Part shown: one piece after another, positions 1 through 13,790 of the stretch
How positions within the stretch are numbered: position 1 is the first letter of the stretch
How the letters are laid out: the number at the start of each line of letters is the position of its first letter
DNA from: Eledone cirrhosa
Lineage: Eukaryota
Assembly (NCBI GenBank): GCA_964016885.1
Contig: OZ024748.1
Coordinates: 9,176,001-9,240,000 of the forward strand
Direction of reading: 5' to 3'
Length of the DNA stretch: 64,000 nt
Made by a program: the position numbers and the translations under genes
The notes under the pieces: generated by a model
The model's database searches: none
What the model saw: the letters and a program-made list of their open reading frames with translations, nothing else
What the model was told of the DNA's origin: nothing

Positions 1-805
1 TATACTGTAATATTATATACTGTGATATTATATACTGTGATATTATATACTGTGATATTATATACTGTAATATTATATACTGTGATATTATATAACTGAT
101 ATTTATATAACTGTGATATTATATACTGTGATATTATATAACTGTGATATTATATACTGTAATATTATATACTGTGATATTATATACTGTGATATTAATA
201 TACTGTGATATTATATACTGTGATATTATATAACTGTGATATTATATAACTGTGATATTATATAACTGTGATATTATATACTGTGATATTATATACTGTG
301 ATATTATATACTGTGATATTATATAACTGATATTTATATAACTGTGATCTTATATAACTGATTTTATATACTGTGATATTATATAACTGATATTTATATA
401 ACTGCGATAGTATATACTGTGATATGATATAACTGTGTGATATATACTGTGATATGATATAGCTGTGTGATATATACTGTGATATGATATAACTGTGTGA
501 TATATACTGTGATATGATATAGCTGTGTGATATATACTGTGATATGATATAGCTGTGTGATATATACTGTGATATGATATAACTGTGTGATATATACTGT
601 GATATGATATAACTGTGTGATATATACTGTGATATGATATAACTGTGTGATATATACTGTGATATGATATAGCTGTGTGATATATACTGTGATATGATAT
701 AACTGTGTGATATATACTGTGATATGATATAACTGTGTGATATATACTGTGATATGATTAACTGTGTGATATATACTGTGATATTATATACTGTGTGATA
801 TATAC
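1..805. repeat. AT-rich minisatellite, ~18-bp unit switching to a 30-bp unit
   Basis: tatactgtgatattata repeats to ~410, then gatatgatataactgtgtgatatatactgt with period 30. Confidence 0.95.
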
Positions 806-899
806 TACTTATGTTGTTGTTGTTGTTGTGGTGGTTGCTTTCTCTTCTATAAAACATTGTATGATGACAAAACGTAGATGATTGCTTGCTACTATAACC

Positions 900-1350
900 A
901 TACACACATACACACACACACACACACACATGCACACACAGACACACACACACACATACAAACACAGACACACACACATATATATGTGTGTGTGCGTGTG
1001 TTTATATATATATATAAATATATATGTATATAAGTATGTGATTGTATACGGGTATGTGTACGTGTGTGTATGCGCGTGCGTGTACGTGTGTGCATACGTG
1101 TGTATGTGTGTGTGTGTATACGTGTGTATGTGTGTATACGTGTGTATGTGTGCGTATGTGTGTGTATACGTGTGTATGTGTGCGTATGTGTGTATACGTG
1201 TGTGTATGTGTGTATACGTGTGTATGTGTGCGTATGTGTGTGTATACGTGTGTGTATGTGTGTATACGTGTGTATGTGTGCGTATGTGTGTGTATACGTG
1301 TGTATGTGTGTATACGTGTGTGTATGTGTGTGTGTCTATGTATGTCTGTG
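900..1350. repeat. compound (CA)n/(TG)n microsatellite
   Basis: direct inspection. Confidence 0.95.
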
Positions 1351-1840
1351 TAATGGTGGAAGAAGTCGGGTGGGTGTAGAATATATTTGACCTGTATTTT
1401 CAGGATTAAATATGTCAATGTAAAGAAAGTAGGTCAGTACCTCTTAATGTAACCAGATTGTCACAGCAACTGTGAGACAAGTGGTTCCGCCCAAAATCGC
1501 TGGGTGAGAGAATTCTGCCAACAAGGTCAACCCAACTATTTTAGCCCATCCTGTCACATCCTAACACATTCCTTAGCTATCCTGTTCGACTGGATTTTTT
1601 TGTCTTTTTTTAAACACCTATTTTTCCTCTTTGGTTTTTGTTTTTTTCGATTTTCGTTTTTTTTTGCGCTGTTTATTTATCTCAGCGGCAATCAAATCCA
1701 AGCCGCCGCATTTTCTCATTTTTTTCTTAATTTTTTCCAAGAGGTGGGGTCGGGGCAACTATCTTGTGTTTGTAAACACTGGTTTTACTGTAAGGTTGTT
1801 GTTGTTTTAATAATATATATACATATATAAATATGTATAT

Positions 1841-1901
<61 letters not shown>

Positions 1902-1904
<3 letters not shown>

Positions 1905-2018
1905 AAAATGTTTAACCCCGACGGCAGAGCTCAAGCCGTTTCGAAGGCTATTTCAGAAATAAGTATTGAGTACTCTGGTGCGTTATGGTCCATCTGGTTC
2001 CTTACCACACCTCCTTCG

Positions 2019-2020
<2 letters not shown>
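1902..2020 (+). mobile_element. Penelope-like-derived short element, family P, collapsed copy, in (TA)n
   Basis: near-identical to the reverse complement of 14630-14821 with one palindrome arm missing; (TA)n on both sides. Confidence 0.75.
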
Positions 2021-2050
<30 letters not shown>

Positions 2051-2464
2051 CATCACCATCATCATCATCATTTTACATCCGCTTTTCCCTGCTTGCATAT
2101 ATAATCTATGCATGAGGCATGATGACTGAATTAAATCTTCCTTGTTCTCTGTGAAAATCTGTTAAACGTAAAACATCATCGTTTTTCAATTTACATAACC
2201 TACACAGTTTTGGTGATTATGTGTCTATTACACAGGTAGGTCCCTAAACTATTGGTTTCCAGGTACAACAGTAGTATTGATCATGTGTCCAACCGTCAAC
2301 TGAAACAATAAGATGAAACAACAACAAACAAAAAAAGCTAATATTTCTGATGAGTGTAGATTTAGTAAACAATACAATTCTATAACTTTATCAAACATAT
2401 ATACAGTACAGATGAATGTCTGCGTGTACAAACACATACATACACACACACATACACACACACA

Positions 2465-2516
<52 letters not shown>

Positions 2517-2517
2517 G

Positions 2518-2575
<58 letters not shown>

Positions 2576-2639
2576 TATATACGATATACTATATATATTC
2601 ATATACATATATACATATTTACACACTCGCACACATCGC

Positions 2640-2777
2640 AACTCATTTCTACACCTGAGAAAACTGGAGCACTGTGAAATAAAGTGTCTTGCTCAAGAAC
2701 ACAACGCAAAGCCCGGTCCGAGAATCGAACTCACAACCTCACGATTGTTAGCCCGACTCTCTAACCACTAAGCCACA
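2640..2777 (-). mobile_element. SINE family B, 5' part
   Basis: reverse strand has A-box tggcttagtgg, B-box gttcgattc and gttcttgagcaagacactttatttcac core, shared with 62815-63095. Confidence 0.8.
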
Positions 2778-3060
2778 TATAGGGGGGGGGATATTGATCA
2801 TTATCCATTTCAAACAATAGTTATATCAATACATTTGATAAATCTCTGATATCTAAAAAAATCGAAATTTTTATTAAATTTACCACAAATATAGATTATT
2901 CAATTTAACGGTGTAAATTTAGTTTACAATATATATATATGGTGGTGGTGGTGGTGGTGGTGGTGGGTTCGCCACACTATCATTATCTCTGACTTCGGCT
3001 AAATATTAACCTGCCATATAATGTGTTGAATCTTCCACTTATTTCAGCTACTAGTCTAAA

Positions 3061-3620
3061 GAACCTATTTGTTGGCCTTAGAATACGTTTGCGGTAGTTT
3101 AAACTTCATTAGAACATATTTGTTGGCCTTAGAATACGTTTGTGGTAGTTTAAACTTCATTAGAACATATTTGTTGGCCTTAGAATACGTTTGTGGTAGT
3201 TTAAACTTCATGAGAACCTATTTGTTGGCCTTAGAATACGTTTGCGGTAGTTTAAACTTCATTAGAACATATTTGTTGGCCTTAGAATACGTTTGTGGTA
3301 GTTTAAACTTCAGTAGAACATATTTGTTGGCCTTAGAATACGTTTGTGGTAGTTTAAACTTCATGAGAACCTATTTGTTGGCCTTAGAATAAGTTTGTGA
3401 TAGTTTAAACTTCATGAGAACCTATTTGTTGGCCTTAGAATACGTTTGTGATAGTTTAAACTTCATGAGAACCTATTTGTTGGCCTTAGAATACGTTTGT
3501 GATAGTTTAAACTTCATGAGAACCTATTTGTTGGCCTTAGAATACGTTTGTGATAGTTTAAACTTCATGAGAACCTATTTGTTGGCCTTAGAATACGTTT
3601 GTGGTAGTTTAAACTTCATG
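3061..3620. repeat. 51-bp minisatellite, 11 copies
   Basis: gaacctatttgttggccttagaatacgtttgtggtagtttaaacttcatga at 3061, 3112 ... 3571. Confidence 0.97.
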
Positions 3621-5268
3621 CACAAATTCACAATAACAAAATGGATGTTAACAAAGTCAACAGTTTTGTAACACTTTATAATCACAACAGATGGAAAATA
3701 TTGTCTGTGTCAGTGTGTTGTGGAAGATGATGATGATTATAGTGTAGAATTATGCGATGCAGAAATCAGTAGTTTTACCGATTCCTAAAAAAGAACCAAA
3801 GGTTCCCACAAGAGCCGCATATTTTAAAAATATTTGCAGTTTTCATCCTAAAGAGAGAGAAGCTATAATTGTGAACTAAAGCTAATCCACTTCAACTATA
3901 TCTTGTCTTGTCTTATCTTCTCAAGGTCGATAAGTAAATACCAGTAAAATACTGGAGTCAATGTAATTAACTGTTATCCTTGCTCCTTTTCTCCAAATGG
4001 TTGTCCATATGTCATAGCTAGAAGTCAAAGGCATACGACAATAGTCGCTAATATTTACAATAGATGTCCTTTATTTTACTAAGTTTATAAAGCGAGCTGA
4101 TGATTGAGCCTTTACTTGGTCACTTATCTACAAGAAACAGTAGCTAAATTTCCCCTAAATCCTTTCCATTAGTCTTAACAAAATGAAGGATAGATTCGAT
4201 CATGTAGACCTAGATAGAATGTGCGTGAAAATCAAACGAAAGAAAAGAACAAGACGTTTGTGACTGAAATAGCTTTTGATCATAAGTCTGTTAGATGACT
4301 ATGGCCTAGGGCTAAACATCAACAGTATAAAAGACGGTATTTATTCAGAACATTCATATGATGTGATTGTTTAAGTGAAATATATATTTCTACACGACGG
4401 CTTTATCCTGTTTAGTACAGGGGATGTTAAAACTCTATTGTATTGACTCATACTTAATAACTTAGGCTTTCTCTTAATTAAGTATAATTTTAAGTGCTGA
4501 CCTCTGTTGCATCGAGGCAAGCATCCGGCAAACTAAGCCCCCAGTCATGTGTTTATAAATATTCCCTGAATCCATTTCAGTTCATTTATGTCAGTAATAT
4601 CCTTAGAATAGGCATGAACATCACAACAACGTTTTCTTACTATATTCAAGAAATGTTTCATTGTTTGGTGGTGTTAAGCATAAGAAACCAAGAAACTTTA
4701 CTGTATGTAGTGTTTTTATTGCTGTTGTTGCTGTTGTTGTTGTTTAGCTCCAGATTAACCTTGACCTAACGTCAAATCATTCCAGCTGTGACCATACAAT
4801 CTTATTTCTCTGTAGAACTCAAGACTATGTTGTCTAACGTGTCTTTTTTTAAGACGGTACTGTTTGACTTGAGGGAGATTTTGGCTGTTATTTCAAGCAT
4901 GTAGAGACTGCTTCTTCGTTGATTCCTTATAGAGGTAATTGTTGAGTAGAGATCATCCATTGTTCTTGGAAGATCTTCCCCAGTACACATTACATCCTGA
5001 CAAAGATATAGATCTTACATGGTGGACATCAACCTTGGTATGGCCATCGACAAATAAAGATCGATGAAAGAAGTACTGGGATCGATATGATTGACTGAAT
5101 GCTTGAATTCAGTGCCCCAGCATGACCGCAGTTCAATGACTAAAGCCAGTAAAACGATGTAAAAACGAAATTCTTTAATTGCAAACATTGATAAAAATCA
5201 TAGGTCAAACAATAATGTAAGATTAAATATGGAAGTCAGAAAAGTGAAAATATATATCGTGAACTATT

Positions 5269-5318
<50 letters not shown>

Positions 5319-5911
5319 CCTCTCATTATCTCTCTTTCTTTATTTCGTTCTCTCTGTCACTGTCTCTCTCTCTCTCACTCTCTCTCACTCTCTCTCTCAC
5401 CCTCTCTCTCTCACACACCCCTCGTCTTCCCCGTTCCCAGTGACCAATATGAAGACCACTTCAAATGTCAGGAAACAGGTCATTACTCCGTCAAATCAGT
5501 TTATTTCAGGACCACCAAATAAACAATAGAAATCTCCTTCTAGACTCGGTTAGGTTTAACAGAGATAAAACTCCACTTAAAATTCTGGGTGAAAACATTT
5601 TTAATGGACAACAACAGCAATAAAACCACTCCTGTGTAGAGCGTCTATAACGATGTGGGAATGACTAGGGAATAATAACAATAACCAGACATGCCTTCTG
5701 CATAAATACTTCATAGTAAAGAGTAAAATGGATGTGAACATGTTTTAGACCCGGCACTGCCGAGCTCTTCCGCAATATCAGAACGTCGGAAGCCCGTCTG
5801 ATGAGGGAGCCCCACGAGGTGGGGTGGCTGTTGCAGTGGGTATCACTGGCCATTGTCTGCAGGAATACTTTTGCTGTCTTGTCCGCGGGGCGCAGCCTCA
5901 ATGCTGCCTCA

Positions 5912-6609
5912 CTGGAACACCCTACTTACAGATCTCAGTCTTCCGACTCTCATCTATTTCGACCGCTCAAAGATACTTTACGAGGTCGATTTCCTTCGGA
6001 TAAAGAAGTGTAGGAAGCGGTGCATAAATGGTTGCGGAACCAACTGAAAACCTTCTTCATGTGGACGACTAGACCAAGAGGGAATACACAAGTTTGTGGA
6101 CCGCTGGACCAAGAGGGAATACACAAGCTTGTGGACCGCTGGACCAAGAGGGAATACACAAGCTTGTGGACCGCTGGACCAAGAGGGAATACACAAGCTT
6201 GTGGACCGCTGGACCAAGAGGGAATACACAAGCTTGTGGACCGCTGGACCAAGAGGGAATACACAAGCTTGTGGACCGCTGGACCAAGAGGGAATACACA
6301 AGCTTGTGGACCGTTGGACCAAGAGGGAATACACAAGCTTGTGGACCGCTGGACCAAGAGGGAATACACAAGCTTGTGGACCGTTGGACCAAGAGGGAAT
6401 ACACAAGCTTGTGGACCGCTGGACCAAGAGGGAATACACAAGCTTGTGGACCGCTGGACCAAGAGGGAATACACAAGCTTGTGGACCGCTGGACCAACTA
6501 CATCGAAAAGGAAGGAGACTATGTAGAAAATTGATATACTTCTTTAACTCCTTTTGTGTAAATAAATTTAAAAAACAAGAGTGTGGATAATTTTTTACTT
6601 TCCCTCGTA
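5912..6609 (+). mobile_element. mariner transposase C-terminal remnant with right TIR and TA
   Basis: translates LEHPTY..SDSHLFRPLKDTLRGRFPSDKEV*EAVHKWLRNQLKTFF ... EGIHKLVDRWTNYIEKEGDYVEN*, matching the mariner HPPYSPDLAPSDYHLF..GIxKLVxRWxKCIExxGDYVE tail; ends ataattttttactttccctcg|ta. Confidence 0.9.
6060..6497. repeat. 35-bp minisatellite (12 full units) inside the mariner coding remnant
   Basis: gaccaagagggaatacacaagcttgtggaccgctg at 6072, 6107 ... 6457. Confidence 0.97.
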
Positions 6610-6639
6610 TATATATTTATATACACATTGGTGTGTGTA

Positions 6640-6723
<84 letters not shown>

Positions 6724-6865
6724 GCAGATATAACTATAGTACACAACACCTTTCAGCGACAAGAAGATGAACAACATTAACATTCTCACAGAAACAATTC
6801 TCCCGCTATTATTGAAATTGTTTTTCTTTGTTTTTTTAATCTGTGTATGAGAGCCTCAACTGCCT

Positions 6866-7920
6866 TCTACACACTCTCTACACTCTCACTCTCTCTCTAC
6901 ACTCTCTCTACACTCTCTCTTCACACTCTACACACTCTCTACACTCTCACTCTCTCTCTACACTCTCTCTACACTCTCTCTTCACACTCTACACACTCTC
7001 TACACTCTCACTCTCTCTCTACACTCTCTCTACACTCTCTCTTCACACTCTACACACTCTCTACACTCTCACTCTCTCTCTACACTCTCTCTATACTCTC
7101 TCATCACACTCTACAATCTCTCTACACTCTCACTCTCTCTTCACTCTCTCTACACACTCTCTACACTCTCACTCTCTTCACTCTCTCTACATTCTCTACA
7201 CTCTCACTCTATCTACACTCTCTCTATACACACTCTCTCCTACACACTCTCCCTACACTCTCTCTGCTCTCTCTCTCTACACTCTCACTCTATCTACACT
7301 CTCTCTCTACACACTCTCTCTTCACTCTCTCTACACACTCTCTACACTCTCACTGTCTCTACACACTCTCTACGCTCTCACTCTCTCTACATTCTCTACA
7401 CTCTCACTCTCTCCTCACACTCTCCCTACACTCTCTACACACTCTCTCTACACTCTCCTACACACACACTCTCTCCCTACACTCTCTACACTCTCTCTAC
7501 AGACTCTCTCTACACTCTCCTACACACACACTCTCTCCCTACACTCTCTACACTCTCTCTACAGACTCTCTATACACTCTCTACACTCTCTCTACACTCT
7601 CTCTACACGCTCTCCCTGCACACTCTCTACACTCTCTCTACACTCTCTCTACACACTCTCTCTCTCTCTACACACACTCTCTACACTCTCTCTCTCTCTA
7701 CACACACACTCTCTACACTCTCTCTACACTCTCTCTACACACTCTCTACACGCTCTCTACACTCTCTCTACACGCTCTCCCTGCACTCTCTACACACTCT
7801 CTCTACACACACACTCTCTATACTCTCTCTACACACTCTCTACACGCTCTCCCTGCACTCTCTACACTCTCTCTACACTCTCTCTACACACTTTCTACAC
7901 ACTCTCTACACTCTCCTACA

Positions 7921-7954
<34 letters not shown>

Positions 7955-7978
7955 ACATACACACTCTCTACACACTCT
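6866..7978. repeat. degenerate CT-rich (ctacactct)n low-complexity array
   Basis: direct inspection. Confidence 0.95.
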
Positions 7979-8148
7979 CCCAATGGTCAGTGAATTACAG
8001 TAGAGACGCAGATTTAGAGATGTAGATTTCCCAACAAATAATATTTTCCTATTTCTATTTTCTTCTGTGATTGAGATTCGCGATAAAATAATTTTACAAA
8101 CGTGGTTTATTCATGTTTTTCCCAGCAGGTGGAGTTGGCTCACACAAT

Positions 8149-8160
8149 CAAAATGGCCGC
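8149..8160 (+). promoter_or_regulatory. YY1/PHO-type site candidate CAAAATGGCCGC
   Basis: good match to the YY1 AAnATGGC(G/C)GC consensus in a unique-sequence island; motif match only. Confidence 0.2.
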
Positions 8161-8399
8161 ACAAAATGGGTTTTTTTCCAGAAGAGAAGTTGTCTTTTTT
8201 ATTATTTGATTATTTTATCTTAGTTTCTTTCTTATTTTTTATATATATATATTTAGGGGGGTGGGGGTGGGTGACTCTGTTGGAAAAAATATTTTGTTTT
8301 TTTTGTTTTTCATGTTTTTTTTTTCTTTACTTTTTATCCCTCTGTTTGTGTACCGACTATTCCTGGCCGTTACCCCACATACAGAAATACACACACACA

Positions 8400-8539
<140 letters not shown>

Positions 8540-8575
8540 ATATATATTTATATTTTATATATATATATATATATA

Positions 8576-8738
<163 letters not shown>

Positions 8739-10373
8739 GTCGGTGTGTGTGTGTCTTCATTCCAGTGCACAAAACAGGTATATTTAGGAAAAACATTTGA
8801 AGGTTTTTTAAGGTTTTGACCATCGATACACACCTAGTCTCATCAATAACAAAATATAGTTTTCCACAGTGCGATTTGAACTCTGAAAGTAAAGATCAGT
8901 AACTTAATATTTTAAAGCTTTTGTTTGATACAAACAATTCTACCATAGATCAGCTGAACGTGAAAATATTTTGATATTACTTGTTAAAAAGTTTAAAATA
9001 AATAATATAACATGACGATTATTATCAATGTCTAAATGGTGTTATCACGATAGAAGACAATCTGATTTAGTGAGGTTTATACAGCAAGTATTAAGTGTTA
9101 AATCTATTACTATCATAAGTTTGATCTTGTCTTGACACTCTATCCTCAATAATATTTATATTGCTGTTTGCTTGACACTTCTACTAATATTCTCTTTTAT
9201 TTGTTCCTTAATCTCTTTAATAGTAGATCTCTTTCCTTATCTGTCAAATATCCAAGGAGCTGTAAACGGCCATTACGTTCTCCTTTGTGGAAAGTGTTTT
9301 GACAACGACATGGAGAGTGATTCTCACACGACTACACCAGCAGTAGAAATATGATAGCTACACAACTGTGGAGCTAAAATAAACATATTACATTGTACAG
9401 AATTACATTAATATCTGTTCTCATCAAGAATACCTACGATCAAACAGAGCTCCTAAAGGATCATCTTGCCTTTTTTCAGGCTCAGTGTATCTTGGAATAT
9501 ATTATACAATGTGTCCTTTACAAAAACAATATTGTCTGACGTAAGCTGAGTAAGATTTAGCTACTCTGTCTGCCAAGTCGTACGACTACATAGAGCCTTC
9601 TACGTGCATCCCAAGTGAAAGGGTGTACCAAGGACATATGTACCCGTCACGTTATCCTCAGGTAGAAGTGGTATCCCAAAGACATGTATACCTTTCACGT
9701 TAGCCTTCACGCGAATTAACGTAACAAACTGACAATGCTTTATCTTTCAATTACAGCTACAATTCATTTATCCGGCGGGCTTCCACCCAGTTTCCGTCTA
9801 CCTAATTTCACTGATATGTCTTCAATCATCGCTATACCATCGTAAAAGATACTTTCCCAACATGAAGTGGAACTTCTACAATTGTTATTCATCACAGATC
9901 TGAAGATAAAGACAACAACCTAGGTCTAGGAAAGTTTTAAACTCAGAACAAAGGAATGGTAGACTTGATAGATTATCCTGTCCCAAGAATCTAGAATGAT
10001 GTTTTGATGTTTTTAGATGTTTCAGTCAAACACACGCCCCACAATTTATTCAAAGATTATTATTACAATCATTTTATTTGTTGTAAATGTTAATGTTTTG
10101 TTTTCTTTAATATTTCATTCATGATTTCACATGGGAAAAGAAAGATGAAAGAAAAGAGCGTGAAAATAAAAAGTAAAAACTAATTAAAGAAAAATCACAA
10201 AAAACCACATTGTAGACTTTAGAAAGATGGCTTCCAATAACAAGATTCTTGTTAAACTTGAATGACTACTCGGGTAAACTTGGATAGGTTAAAGATTTGT
10301 TTGAAAGAATCATTTGCTGAGTCTCAAGTAATATTGCATGAATGTGTGGTTCTAATAAACATTATTTGTTGTA

Positions 10374-10566
10374 GGGCGGTGAATTGGCAGTATCGGTAGA
10401 GGGTCGGACACCATGCTTTGAGGCATAGAGTTACGGCCCTTGCCATTCTGAGTTCAAATCCCGCCGAGGTTAACTTTGCCTTTCGTCCTTACGGGGTCGA
10501 TAAAATAAAGTACCAGTAATGTACTGGGTAATTGCTGGCCTTGTGCCATTAGTAGAAACAATTATT
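10374..10566 (+). mobile_element. full-length tRNA-derived SINE family A with TSD
   Basis: A-box tggcagtatcgg, B-box gagttcaaatcc, body ggggtcgataaaataaagtaccag; direct repeat attatttgttgta at 10361 and 10561. Confidence 0.92.
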
Positions 10567-10589
10567 TGTTGTACCATTAGTATTACTAG

Positions 10590-11068
10590 TACAGAGATTC
10601 TCCGTCGGTTTCGACGTGGAGTATTCAGTTGTTAGATTAACAGAGCTACCTGTTCATTGAATTAGTGTGTAAGTGGCTGAGTATTCCACAGAAAACGTGT
10701 ACCATTAACGTAATCAGTGGACAAAATCAATGTGGTACAATATTTGACTCCGTCAGTTACAACGACGAGTATACCGGTTGATACGATCAACGAAACAGCC
10801 AGCTCGTGAAATTAACGTGAAAGTGGCTGAGCATTCAACAGACACGTATACCATTAACGTAGTTCTCAGGGAGATTCAGCATGACACAGAATATGACAAA
10901 GCTCGCCCTTCCAATTACAGGTACAACTCATTTTTTGCCAACTGAGTGGACTGGGGCAACGTGAAATAAAATGTCTTGCTCAAGGACACAACGCACCACC
11001 GTGAATCGAACTGACGACCTTTCGATCGTGAGCCGTATACCCTAACCACAATACCACGTACCTTCACA
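10590..11068 (-). mobile_element. SINE family B with long, internally duplicated 3' tail
   Basis: gtccttgagcaagacattttatttcacgttgcccc core on the minus strand; tail sequence recurs at ~9630-9850 and ~20850-21150. Confidence 0.75.
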
Positions 11069-11084
11069 TGAATTACAGGTGGTG

Positions 11085-11360
11085 CAGACCTGCCAACCTC
11101 TAAAATCCCAAACGGGGAGAAATGTGTCAAAATGGGGAGATTTTATATAATTGTTTCTACTTTAGGCACAAGGCCAGCAATTACCCAGTACATTACTGGT
11201 ACTTTATTTTATCGACCCCGTAAGGATGAAAGGCAAAGTTAACCTCGGGGAGATTTTATATAATGAAAGCTATACCCATTTTCACAAGTGAAGGCATCTC
11301 CCACCCACCCCAACGTAGGTGGGAGATCTCCCCGTCAGACAGGGAGAGTTGACAGGTCTG
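11085..11360. mobile_element. MITE (TIR cagacctgccaac / gttgacaggtctg) containing a 5'-truncated SINE A on the minus strand
   Basis: 13-bp TIR with 1 mismatch; nested SINE flanked by 18-bp TSD ggggagattttatataat at 11134 and 11247. Confidence 0.8.
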
Positions 11361-12308
11361 GGTAGTGTGTATCTAACGGACTGTCCTTCACAATTTAAAC
11401 CAAGAACTTATTGTGAAGCGAACTTCAACACGATTCTGTGATGTTGCATCTACAGTATTACTAGTCACATGACATTGTCATACACCTACAATAGCTCCAC
11501 CTAGGTTTAGATACAAATATTACAGTTTTTTTAGTCACATGATGTGATACACCTACAGTAGCTCCACCTAGGTTTAGATGTAAACATTACCAGAGTGATA
11601 TCAACAAAATTAAATTGGAAAAATGAAACCCCTTTCTGTAAAATGAGTAAATTTATTGATATATCAGGTAGGTTTATGAAACAAACGCAAACACACACAC
11701 ACGCATACACATACATACACGTACACATACACACATCGAAACATACATACTTCTAAACACACACATTATACACACATTACACACATAACAAACAAACACA
11801 AATACACACATATTTCATGAAATATCTATCAACATAAATTAACTGAGATTGAGTCCAATATATTAAAGAGGAGTTTTAGTTTGCAGAATGGAAGGAACCA
11901 ACAACACAAGCAAGCAAAAAAAAAATAGATGAAAGTCTTCAGCAACACAGATTTCCGATAAATTAATATTTTAATGATCGTTCTAAATGAAGAGAATAGT
12001 TGTTGGCATTATTTTCCTTTAATTTTGCTTTCCTTATGCGTTGCCAAATATTAAAAAGTGATTAAAAATAAACATTTTCTGAAAGCTGAAAAAAAAATTT
12101 TTTTTTTTTTTTTTGGTTTATTTGATTTGCTATTATTTTATTCTTTCCTCGAATTCATTAATTTATTTTTCTAATATAAAATAAAATTCTTCATAGCAAC
12201 GATGCGATAAATAGCTCTACATAAACATGGGAAATGTCTCATCAAAAACCTTTAATGTTAAGTAATAGAATCTACATCCTACTGCAATACATCGTCATGA
12301 TATACATA

Positions 12309-13790
12309 TTGTGGTGTGACACAGTGTTGTGGTGTGACACAGTGTTGTGGTGTGACACAGTGTTGTGGTGTGACACAGTCTTGTGGTGTGATAGTGTCGT
12401 GGTGTGACACAGTCTTGTGGTGTGACACAGTCTTGTGGTGTGACACAGTCGTGTGGTGTGACACAGTCGTGTGGTGTGATAGTGTTGTGGTGTGACACAG
12501 TGTTGTGGTGTGACACAGTCTTGTGGTGTGACACAGTCGTGTGGTGTGACACAGTCGTGTGGTGTAACACAGTCTTGTGGTGTGATAGTGTTGTGGTGTG
12601 ACATAGTCTTGTGGTGTGACACAGTCTTGTGGTGTGACAGTCTTGTGGTGTGATAGTGTTGTGGTGTGACAGTCTTGTGGTGTGATAGTGTTGTGGTGTG
12701 ACATAGTGTTGTGCTGTGACACAGTGTTGTGATGTGACACAGTGTTGTGCTGTGACACAGTGTTGTGGTGTGACACAGTGTTGTGGTGTGACAAGTGTTA
12801 TGGTGTGACACAGTGTTGTGGTGTGACACAGTGTTGTGGTGTGACACAGTGTTGTGGTGTGACACAGTCTTGTGGTGTGATAGTGTTGTGGTGTGACACA
12901 GTCTTGTGGTGTGACACAGTCTTGTGGTGTGACACAGTCGTGTGGTGTGAAACAGTCGTGTGGTGTGATAGTGTTGTGGTGTGACACAGTGTTGTGGTGT
13001 GACACAGTCTTGTGGTGTGACACAGTCGTGTGGTGTGACACAGTCGTGTGGTGTAACACAGTCTTGTGGTGTGATAGTGTTGTGGTGTGACATAGTCTTG
13101 TGGTGTGACACAGTCTTGTGGTGTGACAGTCTTGTGGTGTGATAGTGTTGTGGTGTGACAGTCTTGTGGTGTGATAGTGTTGTGGTGTGACATAGTGTTG
13201 TGCTGTGACACAGTGTTGTGATGTGACACAGTGTTGTGCTGTGACACAGTGTTGTGGTGTGACACAGTGTTGTGGTGGGACACAGTGTTGTGGTGTTGTG
13301 GTGTGACAGAGTATTGTGGTGTTGTGGTGACAGAGTATTGTAGTATGACAGAGAATTGTGGTGTTGTGGTATGACAGAGTATTGTGGTCTGACAGAGTAT
13401 TGTGGTCTGACAGAGTATTGTGGTCTGACAGAGTATTGTGGTATTGTGGTCTGACAGAGTATTGTGGTATGACAGAGTATTGTGGTATGACAGAGTATTG
13501 TGGTGTTGTGATCTGACAGAGTATTGTGGTGGTGTGATATGACAGAGTATTGTGGTGGTGTGATATGACAGAGTATTGTGGTGTTGTGGTCTGACAGAGT
13601 ATTGTGGTGGTGTGATATGACAGAGTATTGTGGTGGTGTGATATGACAGAGTATTGGAGTGTTGTAGTATGACAGAGTATTGTGGTGTTGTGGTCTGACA
13701 GAGTATCGACGTGATGTTGTATGACAGAGTATTGTGGTGGTGTGATATGACAGACTATTGGAGTGTTGTAGTATGACAGAGTATTAAAGT
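12309..13790. repeat. 18-bp minisatellite (ggtgtgacacagtgttgt) with a 489-bp higher-order duplication, grading into a gacagagtattgtggt variant
   Basis: variant pattern of ~12310-12798 recurs at +489 (ORFs 12404/12893 and 12794/13283 are duplicates). Confidence 0.93.

Noticed and set aside
1451-1486. Small hairpin aaccagattgtcacag-caa-ctgtgagacaagtggtt
   Set aside because: Too short for a pre-miRNA and lacks the IRE CAGUGN loop.
2207-2240. Plus-strand micro-exon reading FGDYVSITQ (K+ channel GFGDYV-like) with donor gtaggt
   Set aside because: Five-residue match only; no other channel exons found.
3061-3620. Regular arrays (51, 35, 69, 98 bp) as CRISPR
   Set aside because: Contiguous units with no unique spacers, no cas genes, eukaryotic context.
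4090-4150. ctgatga...gaaacagta and other isolated CTGAnGA hits (2347, 5798, 21218, 52130)
   Set aside because: No compatible stem I, stem II or GAAA placement.
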